Assembly (NCBI GenBank): GCA_963774765.1
Contig: CAVZGP010000010.1
Location: forward strand, 177,282-201,281
DNA: 24,000 nucleotides
Origin: Ilumatobacteraceae bacterium
GTDB taxonomy: Bacteria; Actinomycetota; Acidimicrobiia; Acidimicrobiales; Ilumatobacteraceae
Direction of reading: 5' to 3'
Position 1 is the first letter of the stretch; every line of letters begins with the position of its first letter. Position numbers and translations under genes: made by a program. The notes under the pieces are model-generated. The model ran no database searches and was not told the origin of the DNA. It saw nothing but the letters and a program-made list of their open reading frames with translations. This document shows positions 15,761-24,000 of the stretch, piece by piece.

Positions 15761-16702
15761 ATGACTCCCCCACTGCCTGCTGCGTTCGACAACCGGGTCA
15801 GCCGCGATCTCGGGGTCGACATCCCGATCGTCCAGGCCCCGATGGGATGGATCGCCCGATCACAGCTCGCCTCGGCAGTGTCGCAGGCCGGTGCGTGCGG
15901 GATCATCGAGACGTCGTCCGGCGAGCTCGACGTCGTGAAGGACGAGATCCGCAAGATGCGTGACCTCACCGATCGGCCGTTCGGGGTCAACATCGCCCAG
16001 GCGTTCGTGCGCGACCCTGCCATCGCCGAGTTCGTGATCGACCAGGGCGTCAAATTCGTGACGACGTCGGCCGGTTCACCAACGAAGTACACCGGGATCC
16101 TGAAGGAGGCGGGGCTGACGGTGTACCACGTCGTGCCGACGCTGGTCGCTGCGCTCAAGGCGGTCGACGCCGGCGTCGATGGCCTTGTGGTCGAGGGTGG
16201 CGAAGGTGGCGGGTTCAAGAGCCCGACGCCGGTGTCGACGATGGTGTTGCTGCCACTCGTGCGCTCGAAGGTCGACGTGCCGATCATCGCCGCGGGTGGC
16301 ATCACCGACGGGATGACGATGGCCGCAGCGTTCGCTCTGGGCGCCGAGGGTGTCCAGATGGGAACGCGGATGGTGTCGGCAACCGAATCGCCGGTTCACC
16401 AGAACTGGAAGCAGACGATCGTCGACGCCGCCGAGACCGACACGCTGTTCCTCAACCAGCGCCACTCCCCCGCGCTGCGAGCGCTGCGCACCGAGCGCAC
16501 CGAGGCGCTCGTGAACGCCGAGCACAACGTGTTCGCCGACTTCGGCAACGCGCACGATCTCTACTTCGGTGGCGACATGAACGCCGCGTTCGCGCTCTCG
16601 GGGCAGGTGGCCGGCCGCATCGAGTCGATCGAGCGCGTGTCGAAGATCATCGACGACACCATCGCAGAGTTCACCGCGACCGTCGCCCGCCTCGCCGGCT
16701 GA
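15761..16702 (+). CDS. Nitronate monooxygenase / 2-nitropropane dioxygenase family FMN oxidoreductase (NMO, FabK-like TIM barrel).
   Basis: The sequence shows IPIVQAPMGWIARSQLASAVSQAGACGIIETSS, the GxEGGGH-like EGGEGGGF, and IIAAGGITDG. The start is uncertain: ATG 15761 (MTPPLPAAF...) is preferred over the track's ATG at 15737, and neither has a clear Shine-Dalgarno sequence. Confidence 0.85.
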   Translation: MTPPLPAAFDNRVSRDLGVDIPIVQAPMGWIARSQLASAVSQAGACGIIETSSGELDVVKDEIRKMRDLTDRPFGVNIAQAFVRDPAIAEFVIDQGVKFVTTSAGSPTKYTGILKEAGLTVYHVVPTLVAALKAVDAGVDGLVVEGGEGGGFKSPTPVSTMVLLPLVRSKVDVPIIAAGGITDGMTMAAAFALGAEGVQMGTRMVSATESPVHQNWKQTIVDAAETDTLFLNQRHSPALRALRTERTEALVNAEHNVFADFGNAHDLYFGGDMNAAFALSGQVAGRIESIERVSKIIDDTIAEFTATVARLAG

Positions 16703-16707
16703 GTGTC

Positions 16708-16732
16708 ACGTCTGGGGTCAGACCCAAGATGT
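16708..16732. repeat. Palindrome of the GGGGTCAGACCC family at a convergent gene junction.
   Basis: The sequence is ACGTCTGGGGTC-A-GACCCAAGATGT, with 12-nt arms containing one mismatch and one wobble. It starts 6 nt after the NMO stop (16702). It also contains the stop codon and last 5 codons (GTSWV*) of the convergent nucleotidyltransferase gene. Confidence 0.8.
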
Positions 16733-17509
16733 ACCACTCTCGACGACGGCCTCGGTGAACGCGGCGGCGTCGAGGAGGTGAGCGCGGGTCGCCTGGCCAG
16801 GTGCTGCTCTGAGGTCGACCGCAGCGTGCAGCATGTCGGCGAAGTCTGGTGCACGGCGCGCAGCCCACCTCCCAGCCACCGACTTCGATGCCACGTCGCC
16901 GGTTTCCCACGTGTACAGCATTCGGGCGACACCGAGCGCCACCCATTCGAGCACGGCACCGTCGGCGGTCTCGCTGCTCGTGTCGGCCTCGATCGCCGAC
17001 GCCAAGCGTTCGCCGACACCTCGCCAGTAGGTCTGAAGGTTCTCGCGAACCCAGCTGCGCCGTTCACCGAGATCGATGTGGACGCCGAGACGGTCGGAGG
17101 CGTCGCCACGCAGCGCTACTCCGTACGTCGCAAACGTGTACCAGACGATCGGGTTGATCTCGAACGATTCGCCGTCGACGTGGTAGTCGCCGTCGAGCAC
17201 CCACGGCCGCTGCACCGCCATCGGCGCCACGACGAGATCACCCCACGCCACGTACGGACCATCGACAGCGATCGACACCTGCTCACGGACCCGTTCTTGG
17301 GCCGCCGCGAGGTCGCCGAACAGGTCCGGGTCGGATGGGTCGGCCACGACGGCGACGACGTCGATGTCGCTGTGTGGTGTCCAGTCGTCGAGCGCCACCG
17401 AGCCCACCACGTAGAGGCCCTCGACGACACCCGGCGCCACGTCATCGTGCGCGTCGAGCCAGGCAGCGAGTGCCTCGGCGACGGGGGCCGGCAAGAGCAC
17501 GGGTTCCAT
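16718..17509 (-). CDS. Nucleotidyltransferase-domain protein, AadA/ANT(3'')-like (aminoglycoside adenylyltransferase fold with a C-terminal helical domain).
   Basis: The Pol-beta-type NTase motif is GLYVVGSVALDDWTPHSDIDVVAVV. The 263-aa length and the C-terminal helical region (LEWVALGVARMLYTWETGDVASK) resemble AadA-type enzymes. The substrate cannot be inferred. Confidence 0.7.
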   Translation of the reverse strand: MEPVLLPAPVAEALAAWLDAHDDVAPGVVEGLYVVGSVALDDWTPHSDIDVVAVVADPSDPDLFGDLAAAQERVREQVSIAVDGPYVAWGDLVVAPMAVQRPWVLDGDYHVDGESFEINPIVWYTFATYGVALRGDASDRLGVHIDLGERRSWVRENLQTYWRGVGERLASAIEADTSSETADGAVLEWVALGVARMLYTWETGDVASKSVAGRWAARRAPDFADMLHAAVDLRAAPGQATRAHLLDAAAFTEAVVESGTSWV

Positions 17510-17547
17510 CGTGCGAAGTTACGCGGTGCCAGGGGCCGCAGGGGATT

Positions 17548-17864
17548 GGGAAACAGCGTTTTTCGGGACTCGAACGAATCACGTGCCGCTGAGAACCTCC
17601 CACCGATGAGCGAACCGACCGGATACGGCGGTTTCGCTCATCGCAACCCGCGAGAATCCCCCACCGATGAGCGAACCGACCGGATACAGCGGTTTCGCTC
17701 ATCGCAACCCGCGAGAACCCCCACCGATGAGCGAACCGACCGGATACAGCGGTTTCGCTCATCGCAACCCGCGGGAACCCCGACCGATGAGCGAACCGAC
17801 CGGATACGGCGGTTTCGCTCATCGCATCGCCAACTCCAGCCCAATCCGCTGACGCCCCAGGCAC
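17548..17864. repeat. Composite intergenic repeat, locus B: the conserved flanks enclose four tandem 61/60/60/60-bp hairpin units.
   Basis: The units start at 17601, 17662, 17722 and 17782. Each contains GATGAGCGAA-N18-TTCGCTCATC (hairpins at 17605-17642, 17666-17703, 17726-17763 and 17786-17823), joined by the near-invariant linker GCAACCCGCGAGAAyCCCCCACC. The flanks match locus A. The element ends 47 nt before the ettA ATG. Confidence 0.92.
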
Positions 17865-17911
17865 CGGCGCAACCACCCGCTCGCAACGGCGCCGTTAGCC
17901 TCGGGCCCACC

Positions 17912-19583
<1,672 letters not shown>

Positions 19584-19585
<2 letters not shown>

Positions 19586-19618
19586 ATTGCACCAGGGGTC
19601 AGACCCCTGCTGCAATTC
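19584..19618. repeat. 35-nt palindrome of the GGGGTCAGACCCC family, located between ettA and cysQ.
   Basis: The sequence is GAATTGCACCAGGGGTC-A-GACCCCTGCTGCAATTC, with 17-nt arms and one mismatch. It overlaps the last two bases of the ettA TGA stop and ends 19 nt before the cysQ ATG. Confidence 0.88.
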
Positions 19619-19637
19619 CAGCTGGCAGACTGGCTCG

Positions 19638-20390
19638 ATGCCCTCCCAGGAGACCGACGGACAGCTCGCCACACGCCTGGCGACGCAGGCCGGCCACCTG
19701 CTCCTCGAACTCCGCGCGAAGATGTTCGCCGAGGGCGCCTCGACCTGGGACGTGAAGGACGCCGGCGACGCGGTCGCGCAACGGTTTCTCGCCCAGGAGT
19801 TCGCCACCCATCGTCCGAATGATGCCGTGTTGTCCGAGGAGGGCCGCGAGGACCCGCGCCGCTTCGGGGCCGATCGTGTGTGGATCGTCGACCCGCTCGA
19901 CGGCACCCGAGAGTTCGGAGAGCCAGGCCGCATCGACTGGGCCGTACACATCGCACTGTGGGCTGACGGGGGTTTCGGTGCCGCCGCCGTGAGCCTGCCT
20001 GCGGTGGGCCACACGTTCACGACCGACGACCCCACGCCGATGCCTCCGTTCGATCGTGAACGTCCGATCCTGGTCACCTCGCGCTCCCGCGCCCCCTACG
20101 CCGCCGTCCTGGTCGCCGAGGGGCTCGACTGCGACGCCGTCCGTCTCGGTTCCGCTGGTGCCAAGGCGATGTCCGTCGTGATGGGCGAGACCGACATCTA
20201 CGTCCACGACGGCGGGATGTACCAGTGGGACTCAGCGGCACCCGCCGGCGTGGCACTGGCATCCGGGTTCCACGTCAGTCGGCTCGACGGTTCGCCGATC
20301 GTCTACAACGACCGCGACCCGTGGCTCCCGGACTTCATCGTGTGCCGGCCGGAGTTGGCCGAATCCGTGCTGAAGGCGATGTGGGGTTGA
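19638..20390 (+). CDS. cysQ: 3'(2'),5'-bisphosphate nucleotidase / inositol-monophosphatase family protein (CysQ-like).
   Basis: IMPase-family motifs are present: SEEGRED, WIVDPLDGTREF and YQWDSAAPAGVA. The length of 250 aa from the internal ATG at 19638 is consistent with actinobacterial CysQ. The upstream part of the track ORF crosses the palindrome. Confidence 0.72.
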   Translation: MPSQETDGQLATRLATQAGHLLLELRAKMFAEGASTWDVKDAGDAVAQRFLAQEFATHRPNDAVLSEEGREDPRRFGADRVWIVDPLDGTREFGEPGRIDWAVHIALWADGGFGAAAVSLPAVGHTFTTDDPTPMPPFDRERPILVTSRSRAPYAAVLVAEGLDCDAVRLGSAGAKAMSVVMGETDIYVHDGGMYQWDSAAPAGVALASGFHVSRLDGSPIVYNDRDPWLPDFIVCRPELAESVLKAMWG

Positions 20391-21217
20391 GCAACGAACT
20401 CAGCGCCATCCGGTGGCAGGTCGAACACCGCGTCGCCACCGTGTGGCTGCATCGACCGCACCGCCACAACGCGTGGACCGGCACCATGCACACCGAGTAC
20501 CGCCAGGTGATGGCCGACCTCGAACACCGAGAGGACGTGCGCGTGGTCATCATCACCGGCACACCGCCGGCGTTCTGCGTGGGCGGCGACTCGAAGGCGC
20601 TGGAAGGCCACAGTGAACGTGGCGGCTACGACAGCGGACTGCCGCAGGAGCCCGCTCGCCCCGGCTGGGGTCCGGAGACCGACGAACGCCTCGACGCCGA
20701 CTTCGTGTGGCAGCTCGGCTATCGGCTGCCGATCATCGCCGCCGTCAACGGTGCGTGCGCGGGCGTCGGTCTGGCGCTCGCCCTGTGGTGCGACCTCCGG
20801 TTCGTCGCCGCCGACGCCAAGCTCACGACCGCGGCTGCCAAGCTGGGCCTACCCGCCGAGTACGCCATGAGCTGGATCCTCCCGCGCCTCGTCGGCGTCA
20901 CTCGCGCAAACGACCTCCTGCTGTCGAGCCGCGTCGTCACCGGTGCCGACACCGCCGACTGGGGGCTGTGGAACGGCGTCGAGCCCGACGGGGCTGCCAC
21001 GCTTACAGCCGCTCAGGACTACGGGCGTCTGCTCGCGTCCACCACCGGACCGACCGCGGTATCGACCACCAAGCGCCAGCTCACCGCCGACCTGCTCCGC
21101 CACGATCCCGCGACATCGATCGCGGACTCGCTCCACCTCCTCGATCGAGCGATGGGCACCGCCGAATATCGCGAAGGCGTGCGTGCGCTCACCGAGAAGC
21201 GGCCACCCAACTTCTGA
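20381..21217 (+). CDS. Enoyl-CoA hydratase/isomerase (crotonase) family protein.
   Basis: The crotonase fold pattern is present: VATVWLHRPHRHNAWT, VVIITGTPPAFCVGGD, PIIAAVNGACAGVGLALALWCDLRF and EGVRALTEKRPPNF. The start is uncertain: GTG 20381 or TTG 20387. The TTG would form a TTGA overlap with the cysQ stop. Confidence 0.82.
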   Translation: MGLSNELSAIRWQVEHRVATVWLHRPHRHNAWTGTMHTEYRQVMADLEHREDVRVVIITGTPPAFCVGGDSKALEGHSERGGYDSGLPQEPARPGWGPETDERLDADFVWQLGYRLPIIAAVNGACAGVGLALALWCDLRFVAADAKLTTAAAKLGLPAEYAMSWILPRLVGVTRANDLLLSSRVVTGADTADWGLWNGVEPDGAATLTAAQDYGRLLASTTGPTAVSTTKRQLTADLLRHDPATSIADSLHLLDRAMGTAEYREGVRALTEKRPPNF

Positions 21218-21230
21218 CGCGTCGCGTCCA

Positions 21231-21340
21231 CACGCCCCACCGATGAGCGAACCAACCGGATACGGCGGTTTCGCTCATCGCAACCCCAGCACACGCCCCA
21301 CCGATGAGCGAACCAACCGGATACGGCGGTTTCGCTCATC
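21231..21340. repeat. Locus C of the hairpin-unit repeat: two tandem copies with a 61-bp period and no conserved flanks.
   Basis: CACGCCCCACCGATGAGCGAACCAACCGGATACGGCGGTTTCGCTCATCGC appears twice, with hairpins at 21242-21279 and 21303-21340. The locus lies between the convergent crotonase (stop 21217) and CoA-transferase (stop 21362) genes. Confidence 0.9.
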
Positions 21341-21357
21341 GCGGGACCGGTCCCGCG
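21340..21357. repeat. Perfect 18-nt palindrome abutting the last hairpin unit; terminator-like position.
   Basis: CGCGGGACC|GGTCCCGCG is exactly self-complementary. It lies 4 nt from the CoA-transferase stop codon (21362-21364) and shares its first base with the end of the preceding hairpin. No T-tract is present. Confidence 0.6.
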
Positions 21358-21361
21358 TGGG

Positions 21362-22537
21362 TCAGGGCAGGTCGCGGAGTTCGGCGAGGACTTCGGCGGT
21401 GTGCTCACCGAGCTTTGGCACCGGGCCGACGTGCAGCGCGTGACCGGCGAAGTCGACTGGTGTGGCAACGGCCCGGAAGGGCTCGTTGTCGTCACGAGGC
21501 GTCATCTCGACGAAGCCGGGTTGCGCCTGCGGATCGGCGATCACGTCGACGATCGACTGCACCGGGGCCCACCACACGTCGTGCTCGTCGAAGCGCTCGG
21601 CCCACTCCGCCAGTGGACGGGTGACGAATGCTGCGTCCAGTTCGGTGATCAGGCCCGCGGCGTTCTTCATCCGGCCGGTGGCGTCGGCGTAGCGCGGATC
21701 GTCGGCGAGGTCGGGACGTTCCAGCGCAGCCAGCACCTGCGGCCAGTGCCGGTCGGCCTCGAGACAGATCAGCCAGAAGATCCGATCGTCGGCGGACCGA
21801 TAGCTGTTGATCAACGGCGCCCGACTGTTCTCGCGCGACCTCGTCGACTCGCGACGGCCGAACTGCAACTGGATGCCGAAGTCCCACGCGATCGAGTACA
21901 TGCCGGTGCGCAACAGGCTCGTCGACACGAGACCGCCACGGCCGGTGCGCGCACGTTCGAACAGCTTGGCCATCACACCTGCGACGAGCGTCATCCCGGT
22001 CTGATGGTCACCCATCCCCGACCGCAACCCCGGCGGCATCTCACCGGGCGGCACCATCGTGTGAGCGAGCCCCGATCGAGCCCAGAACGCTCCGATGTCG
22101 TAGCCCGCACGGTCGCGATCCTCGCCCTCGAGCCCGTAGCCGGAGATCGCCCCGTAGACGAGGCGAGGATGACGGGCGCACACCCGATCCGGCCCGAGTT
22201 CGAGCCGCTCCAGCGCGCCCGGCCGCATGTTGGTCACCAACACGTCGGCAGTCGACAGCAGCCGATCGAACACCGCATGGTCATCGAAGTCGCGCAGGTC
22301 GAGCAGCATCGACCGCTTGCCGCGGTTGTCGACCTCGAACGGTGGCACCGGCATCGACCCGTCGAGGCCGACCGACCCGAACACCGCCCGCTGCGGGTCG
22401 CCGCCCGACGCCTCGACCTTGATCACGTCGGCGCCCCAGTCCGCCATGATCCCTCCGGCCGCCGGACCCGCCACCCACACACCGAGTTCCACCACCCGCA
22501 CCCCTGCGAGCGGTCCCGCTCCCCCCGAGTCGCTCAT
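21362..22537 (-). CDS. Family III CoA-transferase (CaiB/BaiF/alpha-methylacyl-CoA racemase-like).
   Basis: The N-terminal signature is LAGVRVVELGVWVAGPAAGGIMADWGADVIKVEASGGDPQR. The protein is 391 aa. Its ATG overlaps the stop of the upstream VOC gene (ATGA at 22535-22539). Confidence 0.88.
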   Translation of the reverse strand: MSDSGGAGPLAGVRVVELGVWVAGPAAGGIMADWGADVIKVEASGGDPQRAVFGSVGLDGSMPVPPFEVDNRGKRSMLLDLRDFDDHAVFDRLLSTADVLVTNMRPGALERLELGPDRVCARHPRLVYGAISGYGLEGEDRDRAGYDIGAFWARSGLAHTMVPPGEMPPGLRSGMGDHQTGMTLVAGVMAKLFERARTGRGGLVSTSLLRTGMYSIAWDFGIQLQFGRRESTRSRENSRAPLINSYRSADDRIFWLICLEADRHWPQVLAALERPDLADDPRYADATGRMKNAAGLITELDAAFVTRPLAEWAERFDEHDVWWAPVQSIVDVIADPQAQPGFVEMTPRDDNEPFRAVATPVDFAGHALHVGPVPKLGEHTAEVLAELRDLP

Positions 22538-23001
22538 CAGCCCAGGGCGGCGATCACGTCGGGCGGAGCCTGCACGAGCTCGATCAACACGCCTTCACCG
22601 CTACGGGGCGTGTCGTCGTTGCCCTTCGGGTGGATGAAACACACGTCGTGGCCGGCGGCACCCTTACGGATCCCACCGGGCGTGAAGCGCACACCCTGCT
22701 CGGTCAACCAGTCGACGCACGCTGCCAGGTCATCGATCCACACCCCGACGTGGTTGAGCGTCGGAACGTGCACCTTCGGCGAACGTTCCGGATCGAGTGG
22801 CTGCATGAGATCGATCTCGACCGCGTGCGGGCCGTCGCCGAGGCGGAGGATGTCCTCGTCGACGTTCTCGCTCTCGCTGACGTAGTCGCCGACCTTCTCG
22901 ACACCGAGCAGGCCGGTCCACAGACCGGTGAGGGCTCCCTTGTCGAGACCGCCGATGGCGATCTGCTGGAGGCCGAGGACACGGAACGGTCGTGCAGTCA
23001 T
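22537..23001 (-). CDS. VOC (glyoxalase/bleomycin-resistance/dioxygenase) superfamily protein, methylmalonyl-CoA-epimerase-like.
   Basis: I trimmed the start to the ATG at 23001-22999 ([18 protein letters not shown]...). The sequence includes [25 protein letters not shown] and FIHPKG...GVLIELVQ, a paired beta-alpha-beta-beta-beta module pattern. The gene is translationally coupled to the CoA-transferase gene. Confidence 0.68.
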   Translation of the reverse strand: MTARPFRVLGLQQIAIGGLDKGALTGLWTGLLGVEKVGDYVSESENVDEDILRLGDGPHAVEIDLMQPLDPERSPKVHVPTLNHVGVWIDDLAACVDWLTEQGVRFTPGGIRKGAAGHDVCFIHPKGNDDTPRSGEGVLIELVQAPPDVIAALG

Positions 23002-23055
23002 GACGCGATGTTGCCCCGCGGCGACGAATCTCCGAGAATCCGGCATCATGACGGG

Positions 23056-24000
23056 GTGACGATTCCGCCAGCGGACACCGACCGCCCCTCGGACCTCGCC
23101 TGGGGATCGTTCACCGACGAGGCCCCCTGGGTGCTCGACCGCGACGACATCCGCTGGTCACACCTCGCCGCCCGCCTGCGCGGTCAGGCCCAAGCGGAGG
23201 TCCCCGGCCTGACGAAGCCGTCGAAGCTGCCGCCCGGCTCGCGCGTGCTCACCGTCGTCGGCCACCTCGGCACGGCGATCGCCCCGTGGTTGCTGAGGAA
23301 GCGACGAGGGAAGTTCGCGTCACCCGAGGCCAGCCGCGCCGACGTGTCGCGACGCCTCCGACTGGCCGCCGAGGCGCTCGGCCCGACCTACATCAAGCTC
23401 GGCCAGATCATCTCGTCCGGCGAGGGCCTGTTCCCCGCCGAACTGGTCAGCGAGTTCAAGAAGTGCCGCGACCAGGTTCCCGCCGAGTCGTTCGACGAGG
23501 TGCGCCTCTCGGTCGAGCAGGATCTCGGCGCCCGACTCGAGGACATGTTCTCGTGGTTCGACGAGAAGCCGCTCGCGGCCGCCTCGATCGCCCAGGTGCA
23601 CGCGGCCACGCTGCACACGGGCGAGAACGTCGTGGTCAAGGTGCAGCGGACCACCGTCGCCCGCCTCGTCCGCAAAGACCTGCGGGTGATGTCGTGGCTC
23701 GCCCCGTACCTCGTCGGCCGGATTCCTGTTGCAGCCCTCGCGAACCCACCGGCGCTGGTCGAACTGTTCGCCGAGACGATCGTCGAGGAGCTCGATTTCC
23801 GGATGGAGGCGGCCAACATGCTCGACGTCTCCGCGATGCTGCACGACCTCGACCAGCACCAGTACATCGTCCCGCGGCCTCACCCACGGCTCGTCACGAA
23901 GCGCGTCCTCGTGATGGAGCGGGTGTACGGCTTCAACTTCGACGACGTCGTCGGCATGCAGGACGCCGGCATCGACACCGAAGAAGTCGTCCGCACGGCG
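23056..24000 (+). CDS. ABC1/UbiB (AarF-domain) atypical kinase family protein. N-terminal part only; continues beyond the right window edge.
   Basis: Absent from the track because it is edge-truncated. My translation gives ...[42 protein letters not shown]...[31 protein letters not shown]...[16 protein letters not shown]...[10 protein letters not shown], which is the classic UbiB/ABC1 motif set. The start is uncertain: GTG 23056 is chosen, and an in-frame ATG at 23008 is also possible. Confidence 0.85.
   Translation, partial: MTIPPADTDRPSDLAWGSFTDEAPWVLDRDDIRWSHLAARLRGQAQAEVPGLTKPSKLPPGSRVLTVVGHLGTAIAPWLLRKRRGKFASPEASRADVSRRLRLAAEALGPTYIKLGQIISSGEGLFPAELVSEFKKCRDQVPAESFDEVRLSVEQDLGARLEDMFSWFDEKPLAAASIAQVHAATLHTGENVVVKVQRTTVARLVRKDLRVMSWLAPYLVGRIPVAALANPPALVELFAETIVEELDFRMEAANMLDVSAMLHDLDQHQYIVPRPHPRLVTKRVLVMERVYGFNFDDVVGMQDAGIDTEEVVRTA

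Noticed and set aside
17563-17580. A tRNA T-loop-like string on the minus strand (GTTCGAGTCCCG), suggesting a tRNA fragment or an integration att site.
   Set aside because: The flanking bases cannot form a T-stem (ATTCG versus CCCGA). No acceptor or anticodon arm is present, and the locus A copy reads CTTCGGGTCCCG instead.
17548-17585. An ECF-sigma-like promoter in the conserved left flank (GGGAAAC ... CGAAC).
   Set aside because: The distance between the AAC-containing block and any CG-rich -10-like block differs by 2 nt between the two copies (15571 versus 17548). The -10 candidate is also weak, so this is not supportable from sequence alone.
17601-17823. A CRISPR array interpretation of the regularly spaced repeats.
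   Set aside because: The 22-nt segments between hairpins are nearly identical to each other and are shorter than normal spacers, so there are no unique spacers. The whole 60-bp unit is the repeat. No cas genes are in the window.
17667-17852. 61-aa ORF encoding three repeats of MSEPTGY(S/G)GFAHRNPRE, considered as a possible multi-core RiPP-like precursor or leader peptide.
   Set aside because: The repeat period is 61/60/60 (and 61 at the other locus), so no single frame is maintained across the array. The opposite strand gives an equally repetitive peptide (MSETAVSGRFAHRWG). Conservation tracks a perfect 10-bp inverted repeat. The unit also occurs at a 3'-3' junction. No Shine-Dalgarno sequence and no maturation genes are adjacent.
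16703-17911. 403-codon N-terminal extension of the ettA ORF (the track gives 960 aa).
   Set aside because: The extension is antisense to the nucleotidyltransferase gene and then reads through the tandem repeats. EttA homology begins exactly at MAHEFIYQAYKL (ATG at 17912), which gives the expected protein of about 557 aa.
23008-23055. An alternative ATG start at 23008 for the UbiB-family gene.
   Set aside because: It is in frame and cannot be excluded. It would leave only 6 nt between the divergent start codons, and the added residues ([16 protein letters not shown]) look non-conserved. GTG 23056 is preferred with low certainty.

Overview
High-GC, densely coding chromosomal segment that looks like it comes from Actinomycetota. 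All family calls rest on motif recognition in the supplied translations plus my own translation of two edge-truncated genes; no searches were run. I support 21 protein genes and found no rRNA, tRNA, CRISPR array, transposase or phage gene.

Gene content, left to right:
- kgd/odhA-type 2-oxoglutarate dehydrogenase (minus strand, truncated at the left edge).
- A small 4-TM membrane protein.
- An atypical FtsH-like AAA+/M41 protease.
- A four-gene minus-strand operon for a Tat-exported type II DMSO-reductase-family molybdoenzyme (alpha, beta, heme-b gamma, NarJ/TorD-like delta) of unknown substrate. Its alpha gene has an apparent 1-nt frameshift between the Tat signal and the catalytic domain.
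- An isolated mraY.
- A plus-strand run of a YjjI-like glycyl-radical enzyme, its radical-SAM activase, a PhyH-family dioxygenase and a nitronate monooxygenase.
- An AadA-like nucleotidyltransferase, ettA and cysQ.
- An acyl-CoA block: crotonase, family III CoA-transferase and a VOC/epimerase-like protein.
- A UbiB/ABC1 kinase (plus strand, truncated at the right edge).

The most unusual signals are non-coding. (1) A 60/61-bp hairpin unit (GATGAGCGAA-N18-TTCGCTCATC) occurs at three loci, as 4 tandem copies, 2 tandem copies and 1 decayed copy. Two of these loci share conserved flanks and sit directly 5' of plus-strand genes. (2) A dispersed palindrome family with the invariant core GGGGTC(A/T)GACCCC occurs at five gene junctions, and two of these copies supply stop codons. 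The many long Arg/Gly/Asp/His-rich ORFs in the track are antisense or out-of-frame shadows typical of high-GC DNA.
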